A stretch of 64,000 bases of DNA from Firmicutes bacterium HGW-Firmicutes-3 (GCA_002841435.1 PGZS01000001.1:5328-69327); one strand, 5' to 3'. Shown: positions 50,105-60,659, numbered from the stretch's first letter. Notes: a model not told the origin generated them from the sequence alone. Program-made: numbers and translations.

Positions 50105-50811
50105 CAGTTCACCTCCTCCGGATTCATGGGATGCGCGTTCACGACAACTTTTTCAATAACACCGTCTTTAACATAAAAGACCCGGTCAGCCATATCACCT
50201 ATTGACTTATTATGCGTGATAATGGCCACTGTCTTTTTATAGTTTCGGTTAAAAGAACGTAACACCTTCAGGGCACCGATACCCGTGGTCACATCAAGAG
50301 CTCCTGTTGGTTCGTCACATAAGAGTATGGCAGGATTTTTCGCTACAGCCCTTGCTATGGCCACCCTTTGCTGCTGCCCACCTGATAATTGAGAAGGAAA
50401 ATGGTTGCCACGATCCTCAAGTTCGATTTCTTTTAGTAAATCGTCCACAGAAATGGCTTCATCTGATAGCTCTGAAGCCAGAAGTATGTTCTCTCTAGCC
50501 GTTAGATTAGGTACCAAGTTATAAAACTGGAACACAAAACCAATGGCTTCACGACGATACTTGGTCAAAGCCTTTTCATCCAGCTCGCCAATCTCTGTCC
50601 CTTTATAGTTCACTTTTCCGTTTGTTGGTGTATCAATACCGCCGATAATGTTTAATATGGTGCTTTTACCGGATCCACTGGGTCCTAAAATGACCACAAA
50701 TTCACCTGCATATAGCTCCATGTTGACACCTCTTAGGGCATGGACCACCACCTCGCCCATTTGGTATTCTTTGGTCAAATTATGTACTTCCAGTATTTTT
50801 TCCTTATCCAT
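50101..50811 (-). CDS. ABC transporter ATP-binding protein (LolD/MacB type)
   Basis: GPSGSGKST, GFVFQFYNL, LSGGQQQRV and LCDEPTGALD motifs. Confidence 0.93.
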   Translation of the reverse strand: MDKEKILEVHNLTKEYQMGEVVVHALRGVNMELYAGEFVVILGPSGSGKSTILNIIGGIDTPTNGKVNYKGTEIGELDEKALTKYRREAIGFVFQFYNLVPNLTARENILLASELSDEAISVDDLLKEIELEDRGNHFPSQLSGGQQQRVAIARAVAKNPAILLCDEPTGALDVTTGIGALKVLRSFNRNYKKTVAIITHNKSIGDMADRVFYVKDGVIEKVVVNAHPMNPEEVNW

Positions 50812-50816
50812 TTAGC

Positions 50817-51443
50817 TTAACCCTCCAGTTTTGTACTGAAATAAAGATGTACTTTATGCTCTATGCGCTCATAGACTGTGTCCATTTCTCTCGTGGCATC
50901 AAACATGCTATAGAGTACCTCACATCCTGCAATAGAATAGATGTTTTCTGAATGCAACAGACTATCAAAACTAGAGGGTAGCTTTCCCTGTTGCTTTCTC
51001 AATTCAAAGGCTTTGACCAGCTTGCTCATTACTAATTGATCGAGCTTCAAAAGGCCTTGAATCATGCCTGATGGCAACTTCACACTCATCATCGCCTTCA
51101 TTAAAGAAAAAAGTGTTTTCTGGTCCATTTTTATATAAGGGTCTAAATACTTCAATACGTAACGCATCACCAGATCTGTTAGATCGTCTGCTTCCTGAAC
51201 TTCTTCATAAAACTTAAAGTCTTCACTTCTATTCTCGAGATCCGCCATTATAGATACATAGAGTTCAGGTTTCGATGCGAAGTAATTATATACTGTGCCT
51301 ACGCCGATATCACAGCGCCTTGCTATTTCACTAATATTTGTGTCTTCGTATCCCTTCTCTTCAAAAATCTTCTTGGCAACTTCAAGAATTTGCGTTTTGA
51401 TTCGCTCTTTTTTCTTTTCTCTAAGGTTAATAGCGCTCGCCAA
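50817..51443 (-). CDS. TetR/AcrR family regulator
   Basis: LREKKK...GYEDTNISEIA...IGVGTVYNYFASK; start codon uncertain (TTG). Confidence 0.9.
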   Translation of the reverse strand: MASAINLREKKKERIKTQILEVAKKIFEEKGYEDTNISEIARRCDIGVGTVYNYFASKPELYVSIMADLENRSEDFKFYEEVQEADDLTDLVMRYVLKYLDPYIKMDQKTLFSLMKAMMSVKLPSGMIQGLLKLDQLVMSKLVKAFELRKQQGKLPSSFDSLLHSENIYSIAGCEVLYSMFDATREMDTVYERIEHKVHLYFSTKLEG

Positions 51444-51480
51444 CTTTCTATAATAATGCTAAGGCATAATCCATGCACTT

Positions 51481-51546
51481 AATATGAATTGATTCTAATA
51501 TGAATGAGTTCATTTTTAGGATACGCTCTCTTTTTTAATTTGTCAA
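51481..51546 (-). promoter_or_regulatory. Promoter and candidate TetR operator(s)
   Basis: TTGACA (51546-51541)-17-TATCCT, palindrome ATGAAtgagTTCAT at 51500-51513 and a related copy at 51484-51497. Confidence 0.5.
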
Positions 51547-51648
51547 GTATAATTCTACACAATGGTTTAAGTGAAATAATCTGTTAAATGGTTGTGGTTT
51601 TAGAGGGGTTGTTATAGAATGTAGATAGAGTGAAAATTATGGAGGTAT

Positions 51649-52566
51649 TTGATTATGAAGCGATTAGGTTTGTTAACAATGGCACTGACTGGTGCCTATG
51701 GTGTACTAAGCTATCATGTCTATAAAAATGTATCTAAGCCAACAATATTTACCCATGAAGAAGCCTATGATTATGATATACAACAAGGCAGTTATAATGC
51801 TGTCCTGATTCATAGCATGGCAAAAGAAGCTGTCATCATTCCCTCCTCTTTTGGCTACGATTTATTTGCCTATTGGATTCCTTACAGAGGTGCCACAAAA
51901 ACCGTCATTCTCACACATGGTGTGACCTCAAATATTTATGGAGCTCTAAAATACTTCCAGCTCTATTATGACTTAGGCTTTAACGTTCTCGCTTACGACC
52001 ATAGAAACCATGGTGAAAGCGGTGGTACAACCACCACCCATGGCTATTATGAAAAGCATGACCTTGAAGATGTGGTTTGTTGGGTCAGAGAAAAAGTAGG
52101 TTCTAATGCTGTTATTGGTACCCATGGCGAATCCATGGGCGCTTCAATTGCATTACAACACATAGCTACATACGATAATCTTGATTTTGTTGTAGCTGAC
52201 TGCCCTTACCAAGATTTATTCACCATTCTAAAATACAGAATGAAGGTTGAACACAAGTTACCCGTCTGGTTAGGTTTATATGGTGCATCCCTTGTCAATA
52301 AACTTATGAGGCAAGGCTTTTATCATGATGTATCACCTATCGCCGAAATGGAACAAGTACATACACCTGTCCTTTTCATCCACGGTGCAAAAGATCACTA
52401 TATTCCTTATAATCATTCTGTGAATCTATATGAGCACAAGTTAGAAGGTATTCGGGAGCTTTATTTGGCAAAGAACGGAGATCATGCTAATTCTATTATC
52501 GTAGACAATGAGCACTATACGGATGCTGTCTATGATTTTCTTAAACAAATAGGTTTAAAGAAATAA
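51649..52566 (+). CDS. Alpha/beta hydrolase (YqkD-like)
   Basis: Nucleophile elbow HGESMG, YDHRNHGES, IHGAKD and a catalytic His (GDHA). Confidence 0.88.
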   Translation: MIMKRLGLLTMALTGAYGVLSYHVYKNVSKPTIFTHEEAYDYDIQQGSYNAVLIHSMAKEAVIIPSSFGYDLFAYWIPYRGATKTVILTHGVTSNIYGALKYFQLYYDLGFNVLAYDHRNHGESGGTTTTHGYYEKHDLEDVVCWVREKVGSNAVIGTHGESMGASIALQHIATYDNLDFVVADCPYQDLFTILKYRMKVEHKLPVWLGLYGASLVNKLMRQGFYHDVSPIAEMEQVHTPVLFIHGAKDHYIPYNHSVNLYEHKLEGIRELYLAKNGDHANSIIVDNEHYTDAVYDFLKQIGLKK

Positions 52567-52595
52567 TATATACCACAAACCAAGGAGGTAAATTC

Positions 52596-52943
52596 ATGCA
52601 CCATTCAAAATGTTGTGCCGATGATGGCTTTGTTGATCAAGTAAAAGAAGCCCTTGAAGTCCCTGAAACCTTAGATGCCTTAGGTGATTTTTTTAAGATT
52701 TTCGGCGATGCTACAAGACTTAAGATACTCAGTGCTCTCCTGGAAGGGGAAATGTGTGTTGGGACCATCACGGAAGTCTTGGAAATGACCCAGTCTTCCG
52801 TGTCTCACCAGTTGCGCACACTTAAAAGAGCAAGGCTTATCAAGTCTAGAAAAGACGGCAAATGGGTTTATTACAGTATCAATGATGAACATGTACAAAT
52901 CATATATAAAATGGGCCTTAGTCACATTAAAGAAAGTGACTAA
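52596..52943 (+). CDS. ArsR/SmtB family metalloregulator
   Basis: FFKIFGDATRLKIL, EMCV, SSVSHQLRTL and DEHV...H alpha-5 site. Confidence 0.92.
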   Translation: MHHSKCCADDGFVDQVKEALEVPETLDALGDFFKIFGDATRLKILSALLEGEMCVGTITEVLEMTQSSVSHQLRTLKRARLIKSRKDGKWVYYSINDEHVQIIYKMGLSHIKESD

Positions 52944-53083
52944 AGCCCATTTTTTTGTATTGTTCTTCTCTAGGAAATTCCTATCAAAGCTTTCAGCCTT
53001 GAAACATAGCTGAAAGCGTCAAGGAACTTTCCCTCCGCGAACAATTTGCAAGCAAAGCGAGGCAGAGCCTCTTTGTTCTTCTC

Positions 53084-54994
53084 CTAATCCACGCCGCCAC
53101 TTGAACCACCGGAACCGCCGCCGGCATCACTGCCACCGGATGAGAAGCCGCCACCGGCACCTTTTGATGCGGCTTTTTGGGCTATGTTCACCGTATCTCT
53201 CATAGCTTCACTCATAGTCTTGCCAATATCATTAAAACCTTCAAAGTTATTATAATCTCTATTATAATAAGCTAAATATAGAAGTCTTGAATCATAACCC
53301 ACGTTAGCAAGCTCCGGATATCTGGCATACAATTGCTTAAGTAGCTTACCTGCTACGCCTAGAACGGTTGCATATACCAAATATTTTTCCCACATAAACA
53401 ACTCCGGTAATTCTTTTTGTTCAAAAGTCGTAAAGTCTGAGATGAAATCCTTAAAAGCCTGCCATAGGGCTAGCTCATTTTCGCCCTTTTGAGTTAAGAG
53501 CTTTTTGGTTTTGCCGCCAAAAATAATCGTAATCATAAAACCAATAACACTGGCTATGGATATGTAATATATAGGTGAATTCTCTAAGGCTTTCACTTGA
53601 CTCACCAAAATCATAGGTAAAACCATCAAAACAACATAGACCAAAACATAGGTCGTTACAGTTTTTGGTAATGCATTACGCTTTGTTTCAATAAACCCTC
53701 TACTATTGACTTTTTTGCCGACCTTACTTTCGAAATCCAGGTAAAAACCAAAAGCCTCACTATTTAACTTTTTATTCGAACAGTATTTCTTAATACCTTT
53801 TAATGTGACGGTTCCTGTCCCACCACCTACAGTGACGAACATGAATGCCATCAGTATTTTTTCATGAGGTGCTAGCCCATCCCACTGAGTCAACTGATTG
53901 GTAAAAACCGTATCTCTCTTGTTCCCAAAAGTAGACGCTTCTTCCGTAATAGTGGCAAATATCGCCTTTTTATGAATCAGATCCAACAAAGTGGCTGAAA
54001 TCTGATTGGATGTATTTTCCTTGCCACTATAATAATGCATCAGCCGATCCAGTTCTGCTGGATAGATGTTCGAAGGTAAATCTCTGTAATAGCTCGGTGC
54101 CAACTCAGGCTTGTATCGCTTAAGTTTGCTGTGATACCTAATCAGTGTGCTTATTGGTAGAAGAATGATTATGCCGGACACCATAATAGCTACAAGGTTA
54201 ACAATACCATTGATTCTTCTTTCTCTTGTGCTTTTTTCTGCCGCTTCATTCTCCATATCGCGAAGGGCTTCATAACGATTTTGGTCCACTTGTAAATGTT
54301 CGCCATAAATGACACCCATCGGCATTAGAAAACGTGCCTCAATAAATTCCCCGGGTGGTACATTTTCTATTTGAAGCTGAACCGTTCCCGCATCAAAAAA
54401 AGATATATCACCACCACTGGGCCCATGAGCCCAGATTTCTGTGTTATCGGCGTTAGCCCCTTCCGGCAGATGAACCGTTACCGTTAGATTCTTAATCTTA
54501 TATACGTTGCTACTGCTGACGTATTTATGAAAATAGTCCACACAATCATTATAGATTGTAGCCACTTCCGGTATGAGATAAGTAATCTTAAAAGTTTTTG
54601 TCATTTTCTCATCTACTCTATAATACCACTCGACCCTTGTTCCGCTACCGGAAGGTTGTACCGCATAGTAACCTTCCGGTCTATTGGTATCAAATCCTTC
54701 CATCTTCATAAATGGCGTCTCTCCATCATAGACCGCCACTTGATCAATAGAACCTTCTACGTCCAAATAGCCTCTTGAGAAATCACCTTGAAGAAAGGCA
54801 TAGGTACGATACTCCTCAATATAAGCTTTGCCATCTTCCATAATTGTCACTTCGTAATGTAAATCTTTTAGTATGGATTTCCTACCATCGGCATTAAGAA
54901 TACCTTGTTGGTTTTCATAGATTCCAAAAACAATTAAACCTACAATAAGCATTAAAAATAGCGTCAAAAAAAACTTTTTAATCACTTTATTCAC
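53084..54994 (-). CDS. DUF2207-type membrane protein
   Basis: WAHGP, FIEARFL, ATLLDL, W.AFK.F..DF, WEKYLVYATVLGVA and a Gly/Ser-rich tail. Confidence 0.85.
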   Translation of the reverse strand: MNKVIKKFFLTLFLMLIVGLIVFGIYENQQGILNADGRKSILKDLHYEVTIMEDGKAYIEEYRTYAFLQGDFSRGYLDVEGSIDQVAVYDGETPFMKMEGFDTNRPEGYYAVQPSGSGTRVEWYYRVDEKMTKTFKITYLIPEVATIYNDCVDYFHKYVSSSNVYKIKNLTVTVHLPEGANADNTEIWAHGPSGGDISFFDAGTVQLQIENVPPGEFIEARFLMPMGVIYGEHLQVDQNRYEALRDMENEAAEKSTRERRINGIVNLVAIMVSGIIILLPISTLIRYHSKLKRYKPELAPSYYRDLPSNIYPAELDRLMHYYSGKENTSNQISATLLDLIHKKAIFATITEEASTFGNKRDTVFTNQLTQWDGLAPHEKILMAFMFVTVGGGTGTVTLKGIKKYCSNKKLNSEAFGFYLDFESKVGKKVNSRGFIETKRNALPKTVTTYVLVYVVLMVLPMILVSQVKALENSPIYYISIASVIGFMITIIFGGKTKKLLTQKGENELALWQAFKDFISDFTTFEQKELPELFMWEKYLVYATVLGVAGKLLKQLYARYPELANVGYDSRLLYLAYYNRDYNNFEGFNDIGKTMSEAMRDTVNIAQKAASKGAGGGFSSGGSDAGGGSGGSSGGVD

Positions 54995-55054
54995 CTCATT
55001 CTCTATTTTTTCTACAGAAAATAAAACTTTGATTTGAAATGCTTCTGGTTTCTC

Positions 55055-55222
55055 TTAAACGGTTGTATTTTTTTCTATGTAAATATCCAATGCCTTTATA
55101 GCTCTAAAGGCTATCTTAATACCCAGCACCATTATAAATAATGATAACCCTACTAAAGCTAATACAAAAACTGCATAAATAACTAAGAAAATAGATAGTC
55201 CAATCCCTGCTACTGCATTCAT
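55055..55222 (-). CDS. Small membrane protein (55 aa), below the ORF-track cutoff
   Basis: GAGGGGG RBS; MNAVAGIGLSIFLVIYAVFVLALVGLSLFIMVLGIKIAFRAIKALDIYIEKNTTV. Confidence 0.7.
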   Translation of the reverse strand: MNAVAGIGLSIFLVIYAVFVLALVGLSLFIMVLGIKIAFRAIKALDIYIEKNTTV

Positions 55223-55303
55223 TTTTCTTCCCCCTCTTCATATTAGTATTTCTAATTATTATATTATCTTATTTTGTATTATTTTTCTAGCCTTCTTAAG
55301 ATA

Positions 55304-56704
55304 TTAACGTGTTGCCATGGCTTCAATGGCTTTCTTAATGGCTTCTGCCTTTTCCTTTGTCATGCTGTACCTTTTATAAAAATGATATGCCATGAGCAAA
55401 GCCACCAGTGTACCAAAGGCGACCACAAGGCCTAACCCAACAACGGTTACAGTTGGCTGAACAGAGAGACTTGAGTCAAAGCCAACCAAATCTAAAATAA
55501 TCCCTAGTAAAAAAATGGCAACCGATTGAGAAATCTTATAGCTAAAGGTCAGACCACCATAATATAAGCCTTCCGACCGATGACCGGTCATCAGTTCTTC
55601 TTCATCTACTGTATCTGCTATCATGGAAAACGGTAGGGTAATCAAACCACCGATACCGATACCGGAAGGAATAACATATGCCATCATCCATATGGGATGG
55701 GCAATAACATACTCCCTAAACAATACCAATATTATGAAGAAAATAGAGCTTATAATCGATAGCTTAACCGCCAACAGTGCGGATGTTTTTTTATCCCGCC
55801 TCTTTGTATACGCCACCCAAAATTGTTGGGAAAGTACACTCAGACCAAACATAACACCAAAAAGTATACCAATCCCGTAATTATTAATCTTGAAAGTATA
55901 AGTATAGACATGAAGCCCCACTGCACCAACAATTGCCGTTGCTATATTGGCAGAAAGATAAGCCCCTGCTACATATAAATAATTCTTATTCTCCAGAATC
56001 ACTTTGAATTCCATGATCATTAGCTTAATACTGCTTTTCTGAGTCACTTTGGTGTTCTTAGGTAAGAAAGGTATATATTTAAGCGTTGTTATAGTGGCAA
56101 TACCTGCACAAATCAGAACAATCAGGGATAGGCTGATTCCCAACTGCTGATAAGCTAATGGGTTCAGTTGTCCTAATGGGTATAAAGATGTTGGCTTGAA
56201 GTAAAAAACCATACCAGCAACGGTGGTAAAAGCAACCCCAAGGATAAAAAAAACGGTTCTATAAGCCTGAATGGAAGTTCTTTCATGATAATCGCTAGAC
56301 AATTCAGCACCAAGAGCATTATAAGGTGTTACTAGAATGGTCATGAAAGTTTTGACCATCATAACAGAAACAAATAAGAGAATCACTTTTAAGGCATAGG
56401 ACCAAGAAGGTTGTATGCTCCATAACAGTCCGTTAAAAATAACCAGTCCAAAAGTACCTACAATCATAAACAGATGTCTTCGCCCAAATCGTTTACTCAC
56501 GGCATAATCTGACATATGACCGATTAACAGATCACTAACCGCGTCCCACACCACACTGACGGCTATCACAAGACCAATGATTGTCCCTGATAAACCTAAG
56601 ATGGTGGTTCCGAAAAATACCAAATAAGATGTTAATGCCTGCAGTATAATACCGTTTGACACATTTCCAATGCCATATGTCAACTTATCTTTAGTTTTTA
56701 TCAT
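55304..56704 (-). CDS. MFS glycoside-pentoside-hexuronide (MelB-like) transporter
   Basis: WDAVSDLLIG..SD...RFGRR, PYNALGAEL...ERT and MIADTVD...EGLY motifs. Confidence 0.9.
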   Translation of the reverse strand: MIKTKDKLTYGIGNVSNGIILQALTSYLVFFGTTILGLSGTIIGLVIAVSVVWDAVSDLLIGHMSDYAVSKRFGRRHLFMIVGTFGLVIFNGLLWSIQPSWSYALKVILLFVSVMMVKTFMTILVTPYNALGAELSSDYHERTSIQAYRTVFFILGVAFTTVAGMVFYFKPTSLYPLGQLNPLAYQQLGISLSLIVLICAGIATITTLKYIPFLPKNTKVTQKSSIKLMIMEFKVILENKNYLYVAGAYLSANIATAIVGAVGLHVYTYTFKINNYGIGILFGVMFGLSVLSQQFWVAYTKRRDKKTSALLAVKLSIISSIFFIILVLFREYVIAHPIWMMAYVIPSGIGIGGLITLPFSMIADTVDEEELMTGHRSEGLYYGGLTFSYKISQSVAIFLLGIILDLVGFDSSLSVQPTVTVVGLGLVVAFGTLVALLMAYHFYKRYSMTKEKAEAIKKAIEAMATR

Positions 56705-56963
56705 ACATACTCAACTTTCATGGTTTTAATGACTTCGACATGACCCATAGCGTATTGGAAAAACTGGGTACGACTTAGTATATCAAATTCTTCGACGATA
56801 TCCTAGGTATGTGTTTAATTTTTAACCTAAACTTAATGCACCTGTTATGATTTTTGTTTACAAAAATTTCATATTCATTACCATAAGAAATAGCTTTCAA
56901 TACTACATGTTTTATGGTAGAATATAAAATAGTTTGACACTCAAAGTAATTAAGGAGATTCTT

Positions 56964-58022
56964 ATGCATACGAAAGCACTACAAATCGGAGATTTAACCA
57001 TAAAAGTACCTATTATACAGGGTGGAATGGGCGTTGGTGTATCCAAATCACGCCTAGCAGCGGCTGTAGCCAATGCAGGTGGTGTTGGTGTCATCTCAGG
57101 TGCCCAGATCGGCTATATGGAAGATGACTTTCAAGCCAATCCTATAGAGGCCAATAAAAGAGCCCTAAGAAATGAAATCATAAAAGCAAAAACCAATGCG
57201 CCAACAGGGGTCGTCGCTGTCAACCTTATGGTCGCTATGCAAAATTACGCTGAATTTGTGAAGGTTGCTGTTGAAGCCAAAGTGGATATGATTATATCAG
57301 GAGCAGGCCTACCACTTGACTTGCCGGATCTTGTCAAGGACTCAAAAGTCAAAATCGTACCCATTATCTCTTCCTTAAGAGGCGCACAACTGATTATTAA
57401 ACGGTGGCAGAAAAAATATGACAAAACACCGGATGCCATCGTGGTGGAAGGCGCTAAAGCCGGAGGTCATCTTGGCTTTAAATATGAGGAATTGATAGAC
57501 GGCAGCAACCAAAGTCTGGTAGATATCGTTTCCGAACTAACGACTCACCTTAAAGAAGCTGGGCTTAAGATACCGGTTATTGCTGCCGGTGGTATCTATG
57601 ATGTTCATGATATCAAAGAAGTCTTAGACGCAGGCGCTGAAGGTGTACAAATCGGTACAAGATTCGTTGTAACTGAGGAATGTGACGCCTCAGAAGCTTA
57701 TAAAAAAGCATATTTAGATGCCACAGAAGAAGACATCAAAATCATGATGAGTCCTGTCGGATTACCTGGGCGAGCACTTAACAATCCTTTTCTTAGGCAT
57801 GTAGAAGCTACACAGAAAGTTAAAATTGATCGCTGCTATAAATGTATTTATAAATGCAACCCGGCCCAAACACCTTTTTGTATAACCAAGGCGCTCATCG
57901 ATGCCGTCGAAGGTCGGGTGGATGAAGGTTTGGTTTTTGTTGGTGCCAATGCCTTCCGCGTTAGTCACATGACCACCGTACAAGCTATTTTCGATGAGTT
58001 ATCACCGGCTTTTGCCTTATAA
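56964..58022 (+). CDS. Nitronate monooxygenase/FabK-FabX family flavoprotein with a C-terminal Cys cluster
   Basis: PIIQGGMG, EGAKAGGH, AAGGI, QIGTRF, SPVGLPGRA and CxxCxxxC-x7-C. Start re-placed to 56964 (AAGGAG RBS). Confidence 0.85.
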   Translation: MHTKALQIGDLTIKVPIIQGGMGVGVSKSRLAAAVANAGGVGVISGAQIGYMEDDFQANPIEANKRALRNEIIKAKTNAPTGVVAVNLMVAMQNYAEFVKVAVEAKVDMIISGAGLPLDLPDLVKDSKVKIVPIISSLRGAQLIIKRWQKKYDKTPDAIVVEGAKAGGHLGFKYEELIDGSNQSLVDIVSELTTHLKEAGLKIPVIAAGGIYDVHDIKEVLDAGAEGVQIGTRFVVTEECDASEAYKKAYLDATEEDIKIMMSPVGLPGRALNNPFLRHVEATQKVKIDRCYKCIYKCNPAQTPFCITKALIDAVEGRVDEGLVFVGANAFRVSHMTTVQAIFDELSPAFAL

Positions 58023-59144
58023 AGTCTTAATTATGGTTAATTTATAATTTTCATGGGCCATTAAATCAATTTTTTTAAGGTCATCTAACTTTTTATTTTC
58101 TTCAATCACTTTTAAGATGGGTCTAAGTGGGTTATTCACATTGTAGCCCACTACTACGGCCATCTCATTACTTGACAACATCACATAACTGCCGACGGCG
58201 TAAGGCACAACCCGTCTTACAAAACGTCTGGCAATATCAATATCAAAAAGACCGGTTTCCCCTGAGTTGCCCATAATATATTCAATGGCCTCACTGGGTT
58301 GGATAAATGTTCCGTCAATACCTGATGTCATTTTATCGTAAACATTGGCTACCGATACGATTCTAGCATTTTTATGGATTTTGTTGCCTTTTCTTCCCAT
58401 AGGATAACCTTCACCATTATAGGTTTCGTGATGCTCCAATATAGGTATAATGCTGGCACCGGTTAACATGGTGTTTTCTTTTATGAATTCATACCCCAAT
58501 TCGACATGACTTTTGTAGATATTTTTCTCTTCTTCAGTAAAATCATCTTTATAAATCCACAGGTTATGATCTATCATGGCTAGACCTATGTCATGAAGCA
58601 TAGCACCAATGGCCAATTCTTTTAGATTCATTCTTCCCATCATCATATCGATGCCTACAACTAAAGATAGTACGGTTACTTGAACCGCATGTTGATATAA
58701 GAAACCATTCATGTTTTTGATATCAACAAGACCCACCATAGCATCTTTGTTTTTTCCAATGTCCTCCATCATGTCATCAATAACGCCACTGATCTGATCA
58801 AAATACTTTTGATCCGCCATCATTGTCAATCTTTTTTTGATAGATTTTTTCTCTTTTTTTAGCTCAGTGATTTGATCATGAAGATCTCTTTGGACCATTT
58901 CGAAAACATGCTTCACTTCCCTAACTGCTTTGTTTCTAAGTTCCGGAGAAATCACATCCTGTATTTCACCTAAGCTATAATCATCTTTAATATAAACACT
59001 TATAATACCATTATCTCTTAGTTTTTCAATCAAATTCTCTGATAATCTAATGTTCGACTTAAGCAGCACGCTGCCTCTTTCGTTATAGATTGTTTTTGCA
59101 ACGATGCTATCATTTTTAAGAGAATTAATAGGTACCAGTCTCAT
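58017..59144 (-). CDS. HD-GYP domain protein (c-di-GMP phosphodiesterase family)
   Basis: LHDIG and HHETYNGEGYPMG motifs. Start re-placed to 59144. Confidence 0.88.
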   Translation of the reverse strand: MRLVPINSLKNDSIVAKTIYNERGSVLLKSNIRLSENLIEKLRDNGIISVYIKDDYSLGEIQDVISPELRNKAVREVKHVFEMVQRDLHDQITELKKEKKSIKKRLTMMADQKYFDQISGVIDDMMEDIGKNKDAMVGLVDIKNMNGFLYQHAVQVTVLSLVVGIDMMMGRMNLKELAIGAMLHDIGLAMIDHNLWIYKDDFTEEEKNIYKSHVELGYEFIKENTMLTGASIIPILEHHETYNGEGYPMGRKGNKIHKNARIVSVANVYDKMTSGIDGTFIQPSEAIEYIMGNSGETGLFDIDIARRFVRRVVPYAVGSYVMLSSNEMAVVVGYNVNNPLRPILKVIEENKKLDDLKKIDLMAHENYKLTIIKTL

Positions 59145-59396
59145 AATATCACTCTCCAATAATCTTTCTCATTATTTCTAATCTACATTAAATATACTAA
59201 ACCTTAGAGATTAAGTAAACAGTTAGCGACTTAACTCTATTCAACTATTCACTATCTGTATTCTTTTTATATTTTACCCTATACATTTTATCGTTCCAAT
59301 GATAAAATGATACTAGCTTTCCTACCCCCTAACTTTTTTAGTTCATCGGTTTGGACTTAGCCACTTCTACGGATTATTCTTATTGGAGGCAATCAC

Positions 59397-59642
59397 ATGA
59401 ATACGACAGACTTCTCACCCATGATAACGGCCGAACCTATAGGTTTTATTGTTTATATCCAAAAAGATGGTGTCAACCTTACCTTTGCTCAATTTTGCAA
59501 TGCATCTGAAATGGATGTTCTGGATGTTATGAGGGTCTTGACATCCTCAAGTGGTTTTAAAGCTGAACCTACCGATGCTATCGGCTTTTTCTTATTTGAA
59601 GATAATGCCAACAGATTTGTTAATGCCCTATTATCTCAGTGA
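59397..59642 (+). CDS. Hypothetical protein (81 aa)
   Basis: GGAGG RBS; followed by a terminator. Confidence 0.6.
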   Translation: MNTTDFSPMITAEPIGFIVYIQKDGVNLTFAQFCNASEMDVLDVMRVLTSSSGFKAEPTDAIGFFLFEDNANRFVNALLSQ

Positions 59643-59645
59643 GTG

Positions 59646-59672
59646 AAGACGATGCAGACGTATCGTCTTTTT
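59646..59672 (+). terminator. Intrinsic terminator
   Basis: AAGACGAT-loop-ATCGTCTT followed by a T-run. Confidence 0.65.
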
Positions 59673-59704
59673 TGATTTTTACTTATATGCTCTAAAAAAC
59701 GATA

Positions 59705-59735
59705 CCTTTAATCTAGCACAGAGAGGCTAAAAAGG
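59705..59735 (+). promoter_or_regulatory. PyrR-binding RNA hairpin overlapping the pyrB RBS
   Basis: CCTTTAA-tct-AGCACAGAGAGGCT-aaAAAGG resembles the PyrR consensus UUUAA / AGUCCnGnGAGGCU. Confidence 0.75.
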
Positions 59736-59743
59736 AGATAATT

Positions 59744-60658
59744 ATGTTAAAAGGAAAACATCTAATTGAATCCAACGATTTTTCTTTGGAAGAACAGGAA
59801 GAGATTTTCACCCTTGCCGACCGGATTATGGCTAATGAAGTCAACTATCTGGATGCTTGTCGAGGAAAACTTCTCTCAACCCTATTTTATGAACCCTCTA
59901 CCAGAACCCGTTTCAGTTTTGAAGCTGCTATGCTTAGGCTTGGCGGTCAAGTTGTTGGCTTTTCCGAGCCCAACTCGTCCTCCGTATCCAAAGGTGAGAG
60001 TATTGCCGACACCATACGCACAGTCGGTTGCTACGCGGATATTGCCGTCATCCGGCATCCAAAAGAAGGTGCTCCAAAACTGGCTTCCAAAAACGCCAAC
60101 ATACCGGTGATTAATGCCGGCGACGGTGGCCACCAACATCCCACACAAACCTTAACCGATCTGCTCACCATACGGTCCCTAAAAAAATCCATCAACCATC
60201 AAGTCATCGGTCTTTGTGGCGATCTGAAGTTTGGCCGTACCGCCCATTCATTAGTTAAGGCTTTAAACAAATATGAAAATATCCGCTTTATTTTCATATC
60301 ACCCATCGAGCTAACCATACCTGAATATATCCTTGAGGACTTGGATCCCGCTTCTTACACCTTAACCGACAACCTGGATGAAGTCATCGACCAACTGGAT
60401 ATCCTATATATGACTCGTATCCAAAAGGAACGTTTCTTTAATGAAGAGGAATACTTGCGACTTAAAGGTTATTACATCTTGACAAAAGACAAGTTGGTCA
60501 CCGCCAAAGAGGATATGATTGTCATGCACCCTCTACCTCGGGTAGATGAAATCTGCTCTGATGTGGATGATGACCCAAGAGCTGTCTACTTCAAACAGGC
60601 CAAATTCGGTATGTACGTTCGTATGGCCTTGATTCTTAAACTACTGGGAGGTGCTTAA
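59744..60658 (+). CDS. pyrB: Aspartate carbamoyltransferase catalytic subunit
   Basis: [26 protein letters not shown] and HPLPR motifs. Confidence 0.97.
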   Translation: MLKGKHLIESNDFSLEEQEEIFTLADRIMANEVNYLDACRGKLLSTLFYEPSTRTRFSFEAAMLRLGGQVVGFSEPNSSSVSKGESIADTIRTVGCYADIAVIRHPKEGAPKLASKNANIPVINAGDGGHQHPTQTLTDLLTIRSLKKSINHQVIGLCGDLKFGRTAHSLVKALNKYENIRFIFISPIELTIPEYILEDLDPASYTLTDNLDEVIDQLDILYMTRIQKERFFNEEEYLRLKGYYILTKDKLVTAKEDMIVMHPLPRVDEICSDVDDDPRAVYFKQAKFGMYVRMALILKLLGGA

Positions 60659-60659
60659 T

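Noticed and set aside
56734-56797. TTCGACA/TTCGACG boxes resembling Spo0A sites upstream of the MFS transporter
   Set aside because: 7-mers are too short to be significant without conservation data.
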